From: an uncultured Armatimonadetes bacterium
Lineage (GTDB): Bacteria > Armatimonadota > UBA5829 > DTJY01
Assembly: GCA_963717145.1 (NCBI GenBank)
Contig: OY970325.1
Location: 1,312,001-1,376,000, forward strand
Direction of reading: 5' to 3'
Length of the DNA stretch: 64,000 nt
A program made the position numbers and the translations under genes. The stretch's first letter is position 1; each line of letters opens with the position of its first letter. Below the pieces are notes generated by a model. The model was not told the DNA's origin and did no database searches. It saw only the letters and a list, made by a program, of their open reading frames with translations. Shown here piece after piece: positions 30,301 to 40,515 of this stretch.

Positions 30301-33144
30301 TCAGCGGATGGTGTCCCGCTCGATCATCTGGATCCGGCGGAGGCGCGGGAGCACATTGATCGGGAGCGAGACCTCGCCACCGGGCGTCAACTCGATGCTG
30401 AACTCCGGCTGATCGATGTAGTGGAAGGCCGGGAGGTTGTAGTCGTATACCTTCACATCCCACAGTCCGGGCCTGAGGTCGCCCAGAGAGAACTCGCCAT
30501 CACGATCGGTCACCAGACGCAGCACCTCTTTTTCCGTTGCCGCTGTCTGAGGGGTCTCCTGCCTCGTGAAACCCAACAAGACATCACCGAGGCCGCCGAC
30601 CTCGACCGGTTTGCCGTCCGGGCTGACGACGCCGTCACTTCGGCCCGGCGCGCTGACAAACACAGCCGACTGGTCAGGTCGATCGGCCTTCTCAGGCTGG
30701 AACTCCAACAGCGACAGCTTGCCTCGCAGGCGAGCCGATCTCAGCACACCGATTTCCACATCGGCCGGCTTCCCTTCCGCCACTTCGACCACCATCGGCA
30801 GCCTGGCCGCGGTGACGCGATCAAGCCCGATCGAGTTGCGTTCGATGGACACGCTGCACGGTCCGGCCGCTACCGTATGGAACGTGAACCGACCACTCCC
30901 ATCGGTAACTGCGGTAGCCCCGTTGGCGGTCACGACGACGCGCGGAATTCCCGGCTTCTCCGGAGATTCAGCGTCGTATACCCGGCCGTATATGCTTCCC
31001 AGGTTCTTCTTCCGAGCGATGGGAATGCCAAACGGAATAGTATACGATAACTGGATCGCTGTCTCCGAAGCAGCAGTGCGATCGCTGTTTCTCAGACGCA
31101 GACTCCATACGCGCTCATCGGGCGCTTCATAGACGACCGTGGCGTAAAGCTGGCGGTTGTCTCTGTCCTCGTCCATTCTGAAGCGATTTGTCGAATAGGT
31201 CACGGCGAGAGACAGCCTGTCCGAGGGCTTCCAGTAGGCCGATCCGCCGATCGTGTTGTCTCTGGAGAGCAGTCGGCTGTCCTCATCGCCGTCGTCGCCG
31301 AAGAGGGTGTACAGACTGATATACTTGTTCGCGCCGGCTCTGAGGTTATAGTATACGGCGTATCGACTTACGTTGCGGGAATCCCCTGTGAGAAGATCGC
31401 GCTGGCGTCCGATATCCCAGTAGACCAGCAGGCTGGACGCAGTAAACGACTTGTTGACGCCGAATCGTGTCGCGTGCTCCTGGTAGTTGAAAGAGGCAGG
31501 ATCGAGCAGGTCCTCGCGTCGGAAATATAGTCGATCGAGTGATAGACTCGTGCTCGCGGAGAGATCGTAGTCCAGGCCGAACTGGTAGAAGTTCTCGAGC
31601 GGCGCGTCATTCTGCGAATCATCGCGATCGAGGTTTCTGCGCCACCTCTGTCCGGACGCGTTCCCCCTGAGCCGCTCCGCTATCGGGAAAGACACCGATA
31701 GGTCCGAGTAATCCGCGTCGTTGTAGTAGCCGAAGTAGTCGGGGGAGGCATGGATCGTGCCGAGAGAGTAGGATATGCCTCGGGACTTGCCATCCATCCG
31801 CAGCCTGTATGCCTGGCCACCCACGCCGTCGCTCCGATCGCTCGAGCACGTCCCAAGCTCGACCTCCATGTTACTTCCGGGGAACGGCTTCGCGGCTCCC
31901 AGCAGACTCAGCAAGCGGTCATCAAAGCCGGACGGACCTTCCTGAGACTTAGTCAGCAGGTTGAGAGTGAGATCAAGCCCGTTCTTGAGCTTCGTCCCGA
32001 CGTGAAGTCCCGCCTCACGACGATCCTCTGACGCCCATCGATCCTCGACGTAGTATCCCCCTGTGTTGAACTCCTTTCGGCGCAAGTCGAATCCCGCGCC
32101 GCGTCCGTAGCGGTAGTAGTCGGTCAGAGGAGAGAGCCCGTATACCTGGTCGCCAAGACGGAGGTCGAGATCCGGCGTGAAGTAACTCATCCTGTACTCG
32201 TCTCGCAGGCCGAAGAAACTGGTGTCCTCGATATCCGGCCCGCGGAAGAGAAAATCGACTGTCCGCATCCCGGCTTCGTCGAGGCTGCCATGCCCGGAGA
32301 GTTCGCCCTGCACCGCAGAACTGCCACTCCCGGCAACACCGGCGATTCGCACCTCAGAGGGTATCCGATGATACGTATCGGCACTCTCGCCTGAGATCGG
32401 CACGAGGTCCACAGAAACCGTGAGGCCAGGAGTGATGATCTCCTTGCCGTCGGTCGCGGTCGCGCGTATCGAGATGCAGTCGGACACGCGGCGCTTGAGC
32501 TTCTCGCTGGTTGACACCGTGGCCGTGACCACCTGAGTGCCCCCGGAGGGCAGATCGAAGCTCTCGACATCGAGCGTCATGGGGTTTTCCAGCGAACTCG
32601 ACGCCTGCAGAGTCACCTCTAACGGGGTATTGCTCCGATTCACCGCCCGGAACGTGATCTGGTAGGTGTCGCCCGCAATCACGGCGTCCGGCTTTGCCTC
32701 CAGCATGAGGTCAAGCCCGGTGACGGCGAGCACTGTGAGATCGATCGTGTCGGAATCCTGGATTCCGTAGTCGCGACGACTCATGACTGAGTAGGTGACC
32801 TGGAACGGCCCGGACGCTGCATTGCCGGGAACGAAGAATGCCACGAGGCGCACGACAGTCTGATAAGGGTCGAGCACAAAGCTCGTCGGTGGAATGACAG
32901 CCTGCCAGTCGGTCGGCAGCGTGAGGGTTTCGATGAATTCCTCGGATTGATCGGTGGTGCTTCGGACTGAGAAGGTGGCGCTGACGATTTGGCCCGGCGC
33001 CGTCTCAACGAGCTTTGGGGAAGCGGCGAGTACCTCTACTCCCTGACCTTTCCCTTGTGCAGTTAGCGGCAAGGCAGTTGACAGCAGGATTGCACATACG
33101 CAGAGGAGTTCGGCAATTGTTCTGCTATCTGATCTCCAAGGCAT
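30301..33144 (-). CDS. Usher-like outer-membrane protein (Ig-like N-domains, beta-barrel, C-terminal beta-sandwiches)
   Basis: Signal-like N-terminus, long amphipathic beta region, SYTIPFGIP then GRVYD...TDGSGRFTF; last gene of a pilin-pilin-chaperone cluster; start could be 33168. Confidence 0.65.
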   Translation of the reverse strand: MPWRSDSRTIAELLCVCAILLSTALPLTAQGKGQGVEVLAASPKLVETAPGQIVSATFSVRSTTDQSEEFIETLTLPTDWQAVIPPTSFVLDPYQTVVRLVAFFVPGNAASGPFQVTYSVMSRRDYGIQDSDTIDLTVLAVTGLDLMLEAKPDAVIAGDTYQITFRAVNRSNTPLEVTLQASSSLENPMTLDVESFDLPSGGTQVVTATVSTSEKLKRRVSDCISIRATATDGKEIITPGLTVSVDLVPISGESADTYHRIPSEVRIAGVAGSGSSAVQGELSGHGSLDEAGMRTVDFLFRGPDIEDTSFFGLRDEYRMSYFTPDLDLRLGDQVYGLSPLTDYYRYGRGAGFDLRRKEFNTGGYYVEDRWASEDRREAGLHVGTKLKNGLDLTLNLLTKSQEGPSGFDDRLLSLLGAAKPFPGSNMEVELGTCSSDRSDGVGGQAYRLRMDGKSRGISYSLGTIHASPDYFGYYNDADYSDLSVSFPIAERLRGNASGQRWRRNLDRDDSQNDAPLENFYQFGLDYDLSASTSLSLDRLYFRREDLLDPASFNYQEHATRFGVNKSFTASSLLVYWDIGRQRDLLTGDSRNVSRYAVYYNLRAGANKYISLYTLFGDDGDEDSRLLSRDNTIGGSAYWKPSDRLSLAVTYSTNRFRMDEDRDNRQLYATVVYEAPDERVWSLRLRNSDRTAASETAIQLSYTIPFGIPIARKKNLGSIYGRVYDAESPEKPGIPRVVVTANGATAVTDGSGRFTFHTVAAGPCSVSIERNSIGLDRVTAARLPMVVEVAEGKPADVEIGVLRSARLRGKLSLLEFQPEKADRPDQSAVFVSAPGRSDGVVSPDGKPVEVGGLGDVLLGFTRQETPQTAATEKEVLRLVTDRDGEFSLGDLRPGLWDVKVYDYNLPAFHYIDQPEFSIELTPGGEVSLPINVLPRLRRIQMIERDTIR

Positions 33145-33940
33145 ACTGGGCACCCCACACCGACTCATCGCCGTTGTCGATAACGACCAGAGCCTGGTAC
33201 TTGCCGGCCTTCAGGCCAGTCAAGTCAATGCTGTTCCGCGTCGAGCAGCCGGGAAAGATCCTAGTGCGATTGCACTTGAACTTGCCAGCATGCAAGCCCT
33301 TCTCGTCATAGATCTCGGCCCAGGTGGTGGGCCTCACCCACCTCTCGCCCGTGTTCTCGATATCGAGCTGCAGAGCGCGCTTCCCATCCGTCTCCGCTAA
33401 CCGCTTATCCAGGACTTTGATCTCGCGCCGGCCGGTATTCCCGATGTGCACGACCATCTGGATGCCGTAGCGGAGGATTGTCCGTACGCCGACTGTGACC
33501 TTGCCGTCCTCGGATGGAGCGGCCTCGGGCACGACAGCAGCTATCGGCTCCACCATCAGCATGCTCCAGTAGGTGCCCGAGAGCTTGTCATCTTTGGGGA
33601 CCTGGATGGCGTAGTAGACGACGAGCACTTCCTTCGCCGGGATCGTGAACTGCTGCGGCGAGAAGGTGATCCAGGAGGCATTCGACCGTGGGCAGGATCC
33701 CGGCTTGTCGTAGGCACTAGTGCCGTCGCAACGGAAAGTGTAGTCTGTCTGGTAGACCCGCGCTTCCTGAGGCACGTCGGCGGCGTTTCGGAGCACAATC
33801 CTGCCGTCCTTCCTTGCGCCTGGCTGGAGTACGGCCTCATCGGTCAGGCCGGTGATCACATCAACTCCGGCAGCACACTGTGTCAAGCAGGCGCATAGGC
33901 AGATAACCGAGACAAAGGTAGTCGTTACAGCCTTGAGCAT
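33125..33940 (-). CDS. PapD-like periplasmic pilus chaperone
   Basis: Signal peptide, SNASWITFSPQQFTIP, GTYWSMLMVEP, LDIENTGE: two Ig-like domains. Confidence 0.7.
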   Translation of the reverse strand: MLKAVTTTFVSVICLCACLTQCAAGVDVITGLTDEAVLQPGARKDGRIVLRNAADVPQEARVYQTDYTFRCDGTSAYDKPGSCPRSNASWITFSPQQFTIPAKEVLVVYYAIQVPKDDKLSGTYWSMLMVEPIAAVVPEAAPSEDGKVTVGVRTILRYGIQMVVHIGNTGRREIKVLDKRLAETDGKRALQLDIENTGERWVRPTTWAEIYDEKGLHAGKFKCNRTRIFPGCSTRNSIDLTGLKAGKYQALVVIDNGDESVWGAQYALEIR

Positions 33941-34440
33941 TATGTGTCCACCACTGTGTAGACTATGGACGTCGAATATGTGCCGGGCGAGATGCTGATC
34001 GAAGTGCCACTCATGTCGAAATGCACCGTGATGCCGATCCTGTCCCCGGCCCCGGAGAAGAACGCGCTGTCACTGGCCGTAATCTGCAGGTATGAGAGGC
34101 CTCCACTGATCGATCCAAAGCCGAAGCCGGCCCCGGTTCGCTTCACAAGAAGCGTGAGACCGGCCGGCCAGTTCGTATCGGATCTTCGGACATCTATGCG
34201 CCAGTTGTCCGAAGTGCCGGTCGTGTTGTAGACGGTGAGGGCAAGCTGATACGCTCCACTCTCACAGAGGCTGGGAAGGTTGCTCCCTGCGCCGGACACC
34301 AGATTGCCGGCATTGTGCACAAGCGACCAATTGCCTACGGAGTTGATGTCTATTGCCTGGCACCTGCCAGTACAGAGCAGTGCAGCCAGTACCACTACAG
34401 CCAACCTCAGAAAACCGGTGATACTCAGTGGGTTCTGCAT
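33940..34440 (-). CDS. Minor pilin-like secreted beta-sandwich protein
   Basis: Signal peptide; C-terminal PGTYSTSIVYTVVDT strand. Confidence 0.65.
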   Translation of the reverse strand: MQNPLSITGFLRLAVVVLAALLCTGRCQAIDINSVGNWSLVHNAGNLVSGAGSNLPSLCESGAYQLALTVYNTTGTSDNWRIDVRRSDTNWPAGLTLLVKRTGAGFGFGSISGGLSYLQITASDSAFFSGAGDRIGITVHFDMSGTSISISPGTYSTSIVYTVVDT

Positions 34441-34502
34441 GGCAAGCTCCAGGTGATGGTTCAAGGGGGTGGCCGTTGCCACCCCACCAATCGGTCGCGG
34501 TG

Positions 34503-34989
34503 CTACGAGCCGGCCGTGACGGTCAGAGTGACCGTCTTGTTCGCCGAACTGATCACGCCGGCAGCGGCGGTTGCGCTGAACGAATAGGATATCTGCTTAC
34601 CGGACTCAGCCAGAGTCGAGATAGCAGTCACCAGATCCGCCGCGGTCGCCGTCAGGGTGACGGCCGCCGGCGCTGGTGGCTCCTGTCGGGGCAGCCAGCG
34701 TGATGCTCAGGGTCGTATTCGCCGGCATGGCGGTGTTGATGGCGCCGGTGATCTTCCTGTTCGACTGGTTGGTAGTTATAGCGTATGAGGTTGTCGTATC
34801 GGTCGCTGCAGTCGGCTGGGAGCCGGCCGTGGCAGCGCTCACAATCAGTGCGGCGGGATTGCCGCTCACGGAGATCTCGTTGATGGCCTGGACCTCATAG
34901 GTCACCGTCTGCTGGGCTGTGTTTCCCGCCACTGCGGCGGTGCCAGCCAATACCAGCAGAGCCATCATCAGTGCAATTGCTGTTTTCAT
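34503..34989 (-). CDS. Major pilin-like subunit; +1 frameshift at about 34663
   Basis: MKTAIALMM signal; AQQTVTYEVQAINEISVSG...APTGATSAG|AVTLTATAADLVTAISTLAESGKQISYSFSATAAAGVISSANKTVTLTVTAGS*. Confidence 0.7.
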
Positions 34990-35326
34990 TTTGCTCGAAT
35001 CCTCCCTGATCCTGGGCTATTCCCCCGTCATTGATATACCTTCGATAGTTGTCCGCAGCATCTGTAGTTGCTGTCTGCGGTCGGCTTCACCCTCCTCTCC
35101 ATAGGCCTCTGCGCAGCATCCTGTGCCGGCGAAGGTATCGGTACGACGCGATCGTCTGACAAACAGATCGGTATGGCCTACGCTGATCTGGCGCGCTGTT
35201 CTCACGCCCACTGGGTGATGCCCAATAAGCGAGACACGTTAAACATCATATGTGCGCCATCAATAGTGTAATGAGACGAGTCGGACGTGCGAATGCGGTT
35301 GCAGGTGAGGCCATCGAAGGCCTCAC

Positions 35327-36100
35327 CTACGGGGTCTTCAGAAGTGTGATCGCGAGGTCGAGATTGAAGCGGACGGTCTGCTTGTCCCATCTCAGAACGA
35401 CCGACGCGCGATTCGCCGGGGTCTCGGAAGTGACCTCCTTCGGCTTCGGGAAGGTTACGGTGACGTCGCTGGTCTTCTTGGGAGTACGCGCAAACGTGAC
35501 CTTCACAACCTTCCCAGGGACGCGAAGCACCTCCTTCAAAGCCACCTTGCCCTCCTCATCCCATCCGGGCTTGTCGCCGACCTCGATCGACACCAGCGCC
35601 ATCTCGGTCTCACCAGTCGTCGCCAGGGTTGCGCGATCGAACATGTAGAGCATGTATACGCCGGGTTTGGCGATCTTTGCCTTGTCCTTGGGTGAGGACG
35701 TTTCGACGAGGAGCGAGACGGCCCCGATGATGCGGCCGGAATCGATCCCCTCGAACTGCACATTGACCGGCACGGACGCCTGGTAGACACTGATGGCGGG
35801 GATATCGCCCCACTTCTCCTCACGCCACTTGAACTTGACGTCAGGGTTCGCCGAGACTCCGTCCTTGAGGAGCAGGCCGCTCTCGCCACGGGACTCGTTG
35901 GCGATCAGGATGGCGATCTGGGCCAGTTTGGCCCTATGAAGCTCCTTCGTGAGGCCGGCGATGTCATCGGGCCATCCGGCGGTGCTGTCGGTCCAAAGAT
36001 CCGCGACCTCTTCCGACGTGTCTGTGGGAAGCGCCCCGAATGCGACACAGGCCGGAGAGATAGTGGCAAGCAGTAAGATGCAGATCAGTGCTCTAGACAA
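35327..36100 (-). CDS. Secreted hypothetical protein, paralog 3 of a tandem triplet
   Basis: Signal peptide; shares AKLAQIA, WGDIP, GAVSL, GVYML, LRW with its neighbours. Confidence 0.75.
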   Translation of the reverse strand: MSRALICILLLATISPACVAFGALPTDTSEEVADLWTDSTAGWPDDIAGLTKELHRAKLAQIAILIANESRGESGLLLKDGVSANPDVKFKWREEKWGDIPAISVYQASVPVNVQFEGIDSGRIIGAVSLLVETSSPKDKAKIAKPGVYMLYMFDRATLATTGETEMALVSIEVGDKPGWDEEGKVALKEVLRVPGKVVKVTFARTPKKTSDVTVTFPKPKEVTSETPANRASVVLRWDKQTVRFNLDLAITLLKTP

Positions 36101-36118
36101 TTGAACTCTCCTCGGCTC

Positions 36119-36784
36119 CTAGATCATCATGAAGTCCACGTCGACGACCCGGAACATATAGCTCTCCCGCTTCCAGGCGAGATCGATGGTCACGCGATTG
36201 CACGGGTTGTCGTCGGCGAGAAGCTCCTCCGTGGGAAACCAGAGGCCTACATATGGATGCGCAGAGCCCCGGCTGATGTCGGAGTTCTCAAGCCCGACTC
36301 GACCGAGTTCGCGGTAAGTGACCCGACCATCGCTCTCTGTTTTGACCTCGATCAGGAAGACCCGCTTTGCATGCTGTGAGTATGCCAACAGATACACACC
36401 GCTGGTTATGCCCGGCCCACCGACGATGGTCGCGTTCTCGAGCAGGTGGAGAGCGCCGAGCAGCCTGCACTCGCCAACGCCCTTGAGGTCGGCATCGACC
36501 GGCTCGGAAACCCGATACGCCTTGGCGGACGGCAGGTCTCCCCAGTCGGTCCTTCATACAATGATGCCTATACTGGGGAAAGCTCCAGCGCCTGACGATA
36601 TCAACAGCCGGCTCTTGCCGCCTGATTCGCGCTGGACGACCAGAGCGATCTGACCAAGTCTGGCCTTCAGCACTTCCTTCACCATGGTCGAGCACTCTGT
36701 CTCAGGCAACAGCAGTTGGGCGTGTGCTCCCTGCCCGAGCTGAAGTGCGATCAGCACGATTGCCATGATAGTCACCAGGGGCAT
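36119..36784 (-). pseudogene. Paralog 2 of the triplet, interrupted by an in-frame TGA at 36554-36556
   Basis: Same frame on both sides: PSIGIIV*RTDWGDLPSAKAYRVSEPVDADLKGVGECRLLGAL, colinear with 36797..37453. Confidence 0.75.
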
Positions 36785-36796
36785 GACCGTTCCTCC

Positions 36797-37453
36797 CTAT
36801 CGCATCGGAACCACGTCGAGCAGGCGGAACATGTAGCCCTCCTGCTCCCATGCGAGATCGAGTGTGAGGCGATACGGCGGATTGTCGTCCTGCAGGGGCT
36901 CGATGTTCGGGAAATATGCGCCAACATAAGGCTTCGATGTGCCCTTGCTCATCTCCGGCTTGACACCGCCGAGTGACTTGTATGCGACCCGCCCGTCACC
37001 ATGTACTCTGACGTCAACTACCACAACAATGTCAACGTCCGAACGGTATGCGAGCAGGTGGACCCCGACCGGCGCTTCGCCACCGCCGATGATATCCGCC
37101 TGCTTGGTAATGAAGAGCGCGCCGAGCAGCCTGCACTTCCCGATGCCCGCGAGGTCGGCATCAAGCGGCTGGGAGACACGATATGCCCTGGCATGCGGCA
37201 GATCGCCCCAGTTGGTGGACCGGTATATCCTCGACATGGATGCCCACGCGGTCGCGCCGGACGCGATCATCAGCCGGCTCTTGCCGTCGGATGCATCATG
37301 GACGACCACCGCGAGTTGGCCGAGCCTGTTCTCCAGCAGTTCGCTCATGAGGAGAGGTCGCTCCGTCTCGGGCGACTGCGCGTGTGTGCCCCGGGACAGG
37401 GCACACAGGACGAAAACAGCTATCACAGTTCGGACCGTATGAGTGGCCGGCAT
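36797..37453 (-). CDS. Secreted hypothetical protein, paralog 1 of the triplet
   Basis: Signal peptide; NRLGQLAVVV, TNWGDLP, CRLLGAL, DDNPPYRLTLDLAW. Confidence 0.78.
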   Translation of the reverse strand: MPATHTVRTVIAVFVLCALSRGTHAQSPETERPLLMSELLENRLGQLAVVVHDASDGKSRLMIASGATAWASMSRIYRSTNWGDLPHARAYRVSQPLDADLAGIGKCRLLGALFITKQADIIGGGEAPVGVHLLAYRSDVDIVVVVDVRVHGDGRVAYKSLGGVKPEMSKGTSKPYVGAYFPNIEPLQDDNPPYRLTLDLAWEQEGYMFRLLDVVPMR

Positions 37454-37459
37454 GGCGCT

Positions 37460-38530
37460 CTACTCCGGACTCGCGGACTGCGTCGTGGACGAGAATCCGC
37501 CGCTTGGTGGGCGCTCCAGGCCTTTGCACGCAGCGAGCTTCCCGGCGGCCTCGAGAGCGGTCCTGAGGGCGGCCGAGTTGCGGATATCGTCCTTGTACTG
37601 CTCCTCTGTGGCACCGGGATACGCTCGGTCGATCGTCAGCCAGTTGAGCCTGGAGGGAAGCCACATCTCATCGGCGATGATCACCGGATTCGGGAACGCG
37701 AGAGATGAGATGGAAGTCCAGAACGCGCCCATGTAGATACGCTCTCCGTTCACCAGGAGCACGAATGGGATGCCTCTGATCAGGCGATTCTCCGGCGGAC
37801 TCGGCTTCGGAAGCTTCTTCAGAGCCTCAGGGGTCAGCTTGAACCAGTGATCCTCCCAGGAGTAGCAGACGAAGTCGTCAAGCGCGAAGAGCGGCTTTGT
37901 CTGCAGCGTGATGTCGTCCAGCTTTACCTTGAGAGCATCCACGGCATTCATCTTCTCGTCAGCCAGGAGGTAGATGCCGAACTCGGCGCTGACCGACTTT
38001 GCCTGGTGCTGCTTGATGAACTTCTCGATCTCGCCGCCGGAGACCACTTTCACATTGGCCGGAACCTTGATTTCGCTGAGTTGAATGCTGCAGCCGAGGT
38101 AGAGGTTCACAGTAACATAGCGCTTGTACGGGTGGTCCTTGGCGATGCCGCCGTCGGGGATCATCGGCGGCACGACGAACACATACCAATCGAAGGCATA
38201 GGTTGCGGGCTCTCCAATCCTGTCCTTTACCTCGCCCTTCCCGGAGTGAAGGACGAGAGTATGTGAAATGCCCTCGAGTTTGCCGTATGCTTCCATGAAG
38301 GCATTGAAGGTCGCTGCATCGCCCGAGAAATAGAAGTTGTCCTGGAAGTTCACCCAGTTCGCGTACACCGGCTTCCACGCGCCGAGCAGGTTGGCCAACC
38401 CCGAGGGCCACTCGGTCTGCTGGATAATCGGATGATCCGGGCCGTACTCGCCTGCGAGGGCGAAGGCAGGTGGACAGATGATTGCAGACACACCGACGAT
38501 GAGAAGAAGGAATACTCCAAGTCTTAACAT
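37460..38530 (-). CDS. Secreted two-domain hypothetical protein
   Basis: Signal peptide from ATG 38530; 356-aa ORF co-oriented with and closely spaced to the triplet. Confidence 0.72.
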   Translation of the reverse strand: MLRLGVFLLLIVGVSAIICPPAFALAGEYGPDHPIIQQTEWPSGLANLLGAWKPVYANWVNFQDNFYFSGDAATFNAFMEAYGKLEGISHTLVLHSGKGEVKDRIGEPATYAFDWYVFVVPPMIPDGGIAKDHPYKRYVTVNLYLGCSIQLSEIKVPANVKVVSGGEIEKFIKQHQAKSVSAEFGIYLLADEKMNAVDALKVKLDDITLQTKPLFALDDFVCYSWEDHWFKLTPEALKKLPKPSPPENRLIRGIPFVLLVNGERIYMGAFWTSISSLAFPNPVIIADEMWLPSRLNWLTIDRAYPGATEEQYKDDIRNSAALRTALEAAGKLAACKGLERPPSGGFSSTTQSASPE

Positions 38531-38613
38531 GATAACCCCCCGCCAGAAAAGTGCTTCTTGAGTAATCAGACCCTCGAAGCCGGGAGATCCTTCAAAAAAA
38601 GACCCGCTCTCCA

Positions 38614-39162
38614 TCAGCCGTTAGCCATGCTCTTGCCCGCTGACCTGAGGACTTCGAGCTTGGCCTCGAGGTTCTGGCGTCGGACGGGGATAAGATCGAC
38701 GACATCGAAGCTCGCCGTGCGGAGGATCCACTCCATGCGGGTCGTGCACTCCGGCGCTCCGCCTCCACCACCTCCTGCGACACAGATGCCGACCGCGGGC
38801 TTGCCCTCGATCCCTGCCCTGCCGTCGTCGTGGACACAGGTCCGGCGCAGGCGGTTGAGAAACGCCTGGAGGCTCTCGCTGAGGTCGGACCAGTAGACAG
38901 GCGTCGCGAAGACGACTGCATCGGCGGCCTTGATCTTTGCCACAAGACCAGCGAGATCATCCTCGATGATGCATCGGCCCTGGGAGCGGCAGATGCCCCA
39001 TCCGTCGTTCTCGCACTGGCGGCACCGCTCGATCTTCATCGGCGGGAGCGCGATCAACTCGGACTCCCCGCCGGCGTCCTTGACGCCCTCGAGGAATGCC
39101 TTCGCGGCCTTGGCGGTCTGGCCGTCGGGATTTCGGCTTCCGGATACTATCAGCACTTTCAT
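38614..39162 (-). CDS. Flavodoxin-fold (iron-sulfur flavoprotein-like) protein
   Basis: IVSGSRNPDGQT, CRQC..C..C, ADAVVFATPVYW. Confidence 0.88.
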   Translation of the reverse strand: MKVLIVSGSRNPDGQTAKAAKAFLEGVKDAGGESELIALPPMKIERCRQCENDGWGICRSQGRCIIEDDLAGLVAKIKAADAVVFATPVYWSDLSESLQAFLNRLRRTCVHDDGRAGIEGKPAVGICVAGGGGGGAPECTTRMEWILRTASFDVVDLIPVRRQNLEAKLEVLRSAGKSMANG

Positions 39163-39187
39163 CAGCTTACCTCCTTCAGTGGAAAAC

Positions 39188-39246
39188 CCGTAGGGGCGGG
39201 CTTCAACGCCCGCCAGAGCCGGGAGGCCGTTGAAGGCCTCCCCTAC
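39188..39246. repeat. GTAG-type REP doublet
   Basis: ccgtaggggcgggcttcaacgcccgcc ... gggaggccgttgaaggcctcccctac; right half identical to the end of the 23801 array; its GTAG gives the hflX stop. Confidence 0.88.
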
Positions 39247-40505
39247 TCGGACGCGCGCTTGTACTTCTCCAACTTGCCGGCGACGTCCTGGGAGACCTGG
39301 GCCTCGACGAAGATGCGCTCGGGCGTGTACTCGACGCCGATCACTCGTCCGCTGTCGTAGCAGAGGGAGACGAGGTCGCTCCGCTCGTAGGGGATATCGA
39401 GCGATACGTACACGAGCAACTCCTGGATCGTCTTGATGAGCTGCTCCATCAGCTGCGGGATGCCGTCTCGCGTGGCGGCCGAGATGTAGACGCTGTTCGG
39501 CACATCGGCGACGAGCTTCCGCAGGACGTACTGGTCCTGGATGAGATCGCTCTTGTTGAAGACCGTGACCGTCGGCTTGTCGTCGGCATCGAGTTCGCGG
39601 AGGACCTGGTGCACCGCGGCCATCTGCTCCTCCATGTGACCATGGCTCGCATCGACAACGTGCACCAGGAAGTCCGACTCGGTGACCTCCTCCAGGGTCG
39701 CGCGGAATGCCGCGACGAGATCGTGCGGGAGGTTCTGGATGAAGCCGACTGTGTCGGTCATCAGCACCGCCCAGCCGTCGGGGAGAACTACTCGCCGGGT
39801 CGTCGGATCGAGCGTAGCGAAGAGCTTGCGGTCGACGAGCACCTCCGAGCCGGAGAGCGTGTTCAGGAGAGTCGATTTCCCCGCGCTGGTATATCCGACG
39901 AGCGCCGCCGATGGGAACGGGAGCTTCCGCCGAGCTTGACGTTGAACGTCCCGATGCTTCCGTACTTCCTCGATCTCCTTCTCCAGGTCGGCGATCCGGG
40001 TCCGGATGCGCCGCCGATCGCTCTCCAGCTTGGTCTCACCGGGGCCGCGCATGCCGATGCCACCCTGCTGCCGCTCGAACTGGGTGTATAGACTGCCGAT
40101 CCGTGGCAGCAGGTAGTGAAGCTGCGCCAGTTCGACCTGCAGTTGGCCCTCGTGCGTGTGCGCGCGCTGGGCGAAGATATCGAGGATGAGTTGGGTCCGG
40201 TCGACCAGGCGAGTATCGATGGCGTTCCCGAGGTTCCTGAGCTGAGTCGGCGTGAGGTCGCCGTTGATGATCACGAGGTTCGCATCGAGGTCCTTGATGT
40301 CCGCGTACAACTCCTCGGACTTCCCGCGACCCAGGTAGTAGGCGGGATCGGGGCCGCGTCGCTTCTGACTGAACTCGCCGACGACCTCTGCGCCGGCCGT
40401 ATCGGCCAACTCCTTCAGTTCATCAAGCGACGCCTGATCCCGCCCGTCGTCACCAGACTCGAGGCTGACCAGGATCGCCCGGTCTGTTATGTTGATATCA
40501 TGCAT
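39243..40505 (-). CDS. hflX: GTPase HflX
   Basis: DRTQLILDIFAQRA, GMRGPGETKLE, GYTSAGKSTL, LFATLDPT, DTVGFI. Confidence 0.97.
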   Translation of the reverse strand: MHDINITDRAILVSLESGDDGRDQASLDELKELADTAGAEVVGEFSQKRRGPDPAYYLGRGKSEELYADIKDLDANLVIINGDLTPTQLRNLGNAIDTRLVDRTQLILDIFAQRAHTHEGQLQVELAQLHYLLPRIGSLYTQFERQQGGIGMRGPGETKLESDRRRIRTRIADLEKEIEEVRKHRDVQRQARRKLPFPSAALVGYTSAGKSTLLNTLSGSEVLVDRKLFATLDPTTRRVVLPDGWAVLMTDTVGFIQNLPHDLVAAFRATLEEVTESDFLVHVVDASHGHMEEQMAAVHQVLRELDADDKPTVTVFNKSDLIQDQYVLRKLVADVPNSVYISAATRDGIPQLMEQLIKTIQELLVYVSLDIPYERSDLVSLCYDSGRVIGVEYTPERIFVEAQVSQDVAGKLEKYKRASE

Positions 40506-40515
40506 GGGAAGTACC

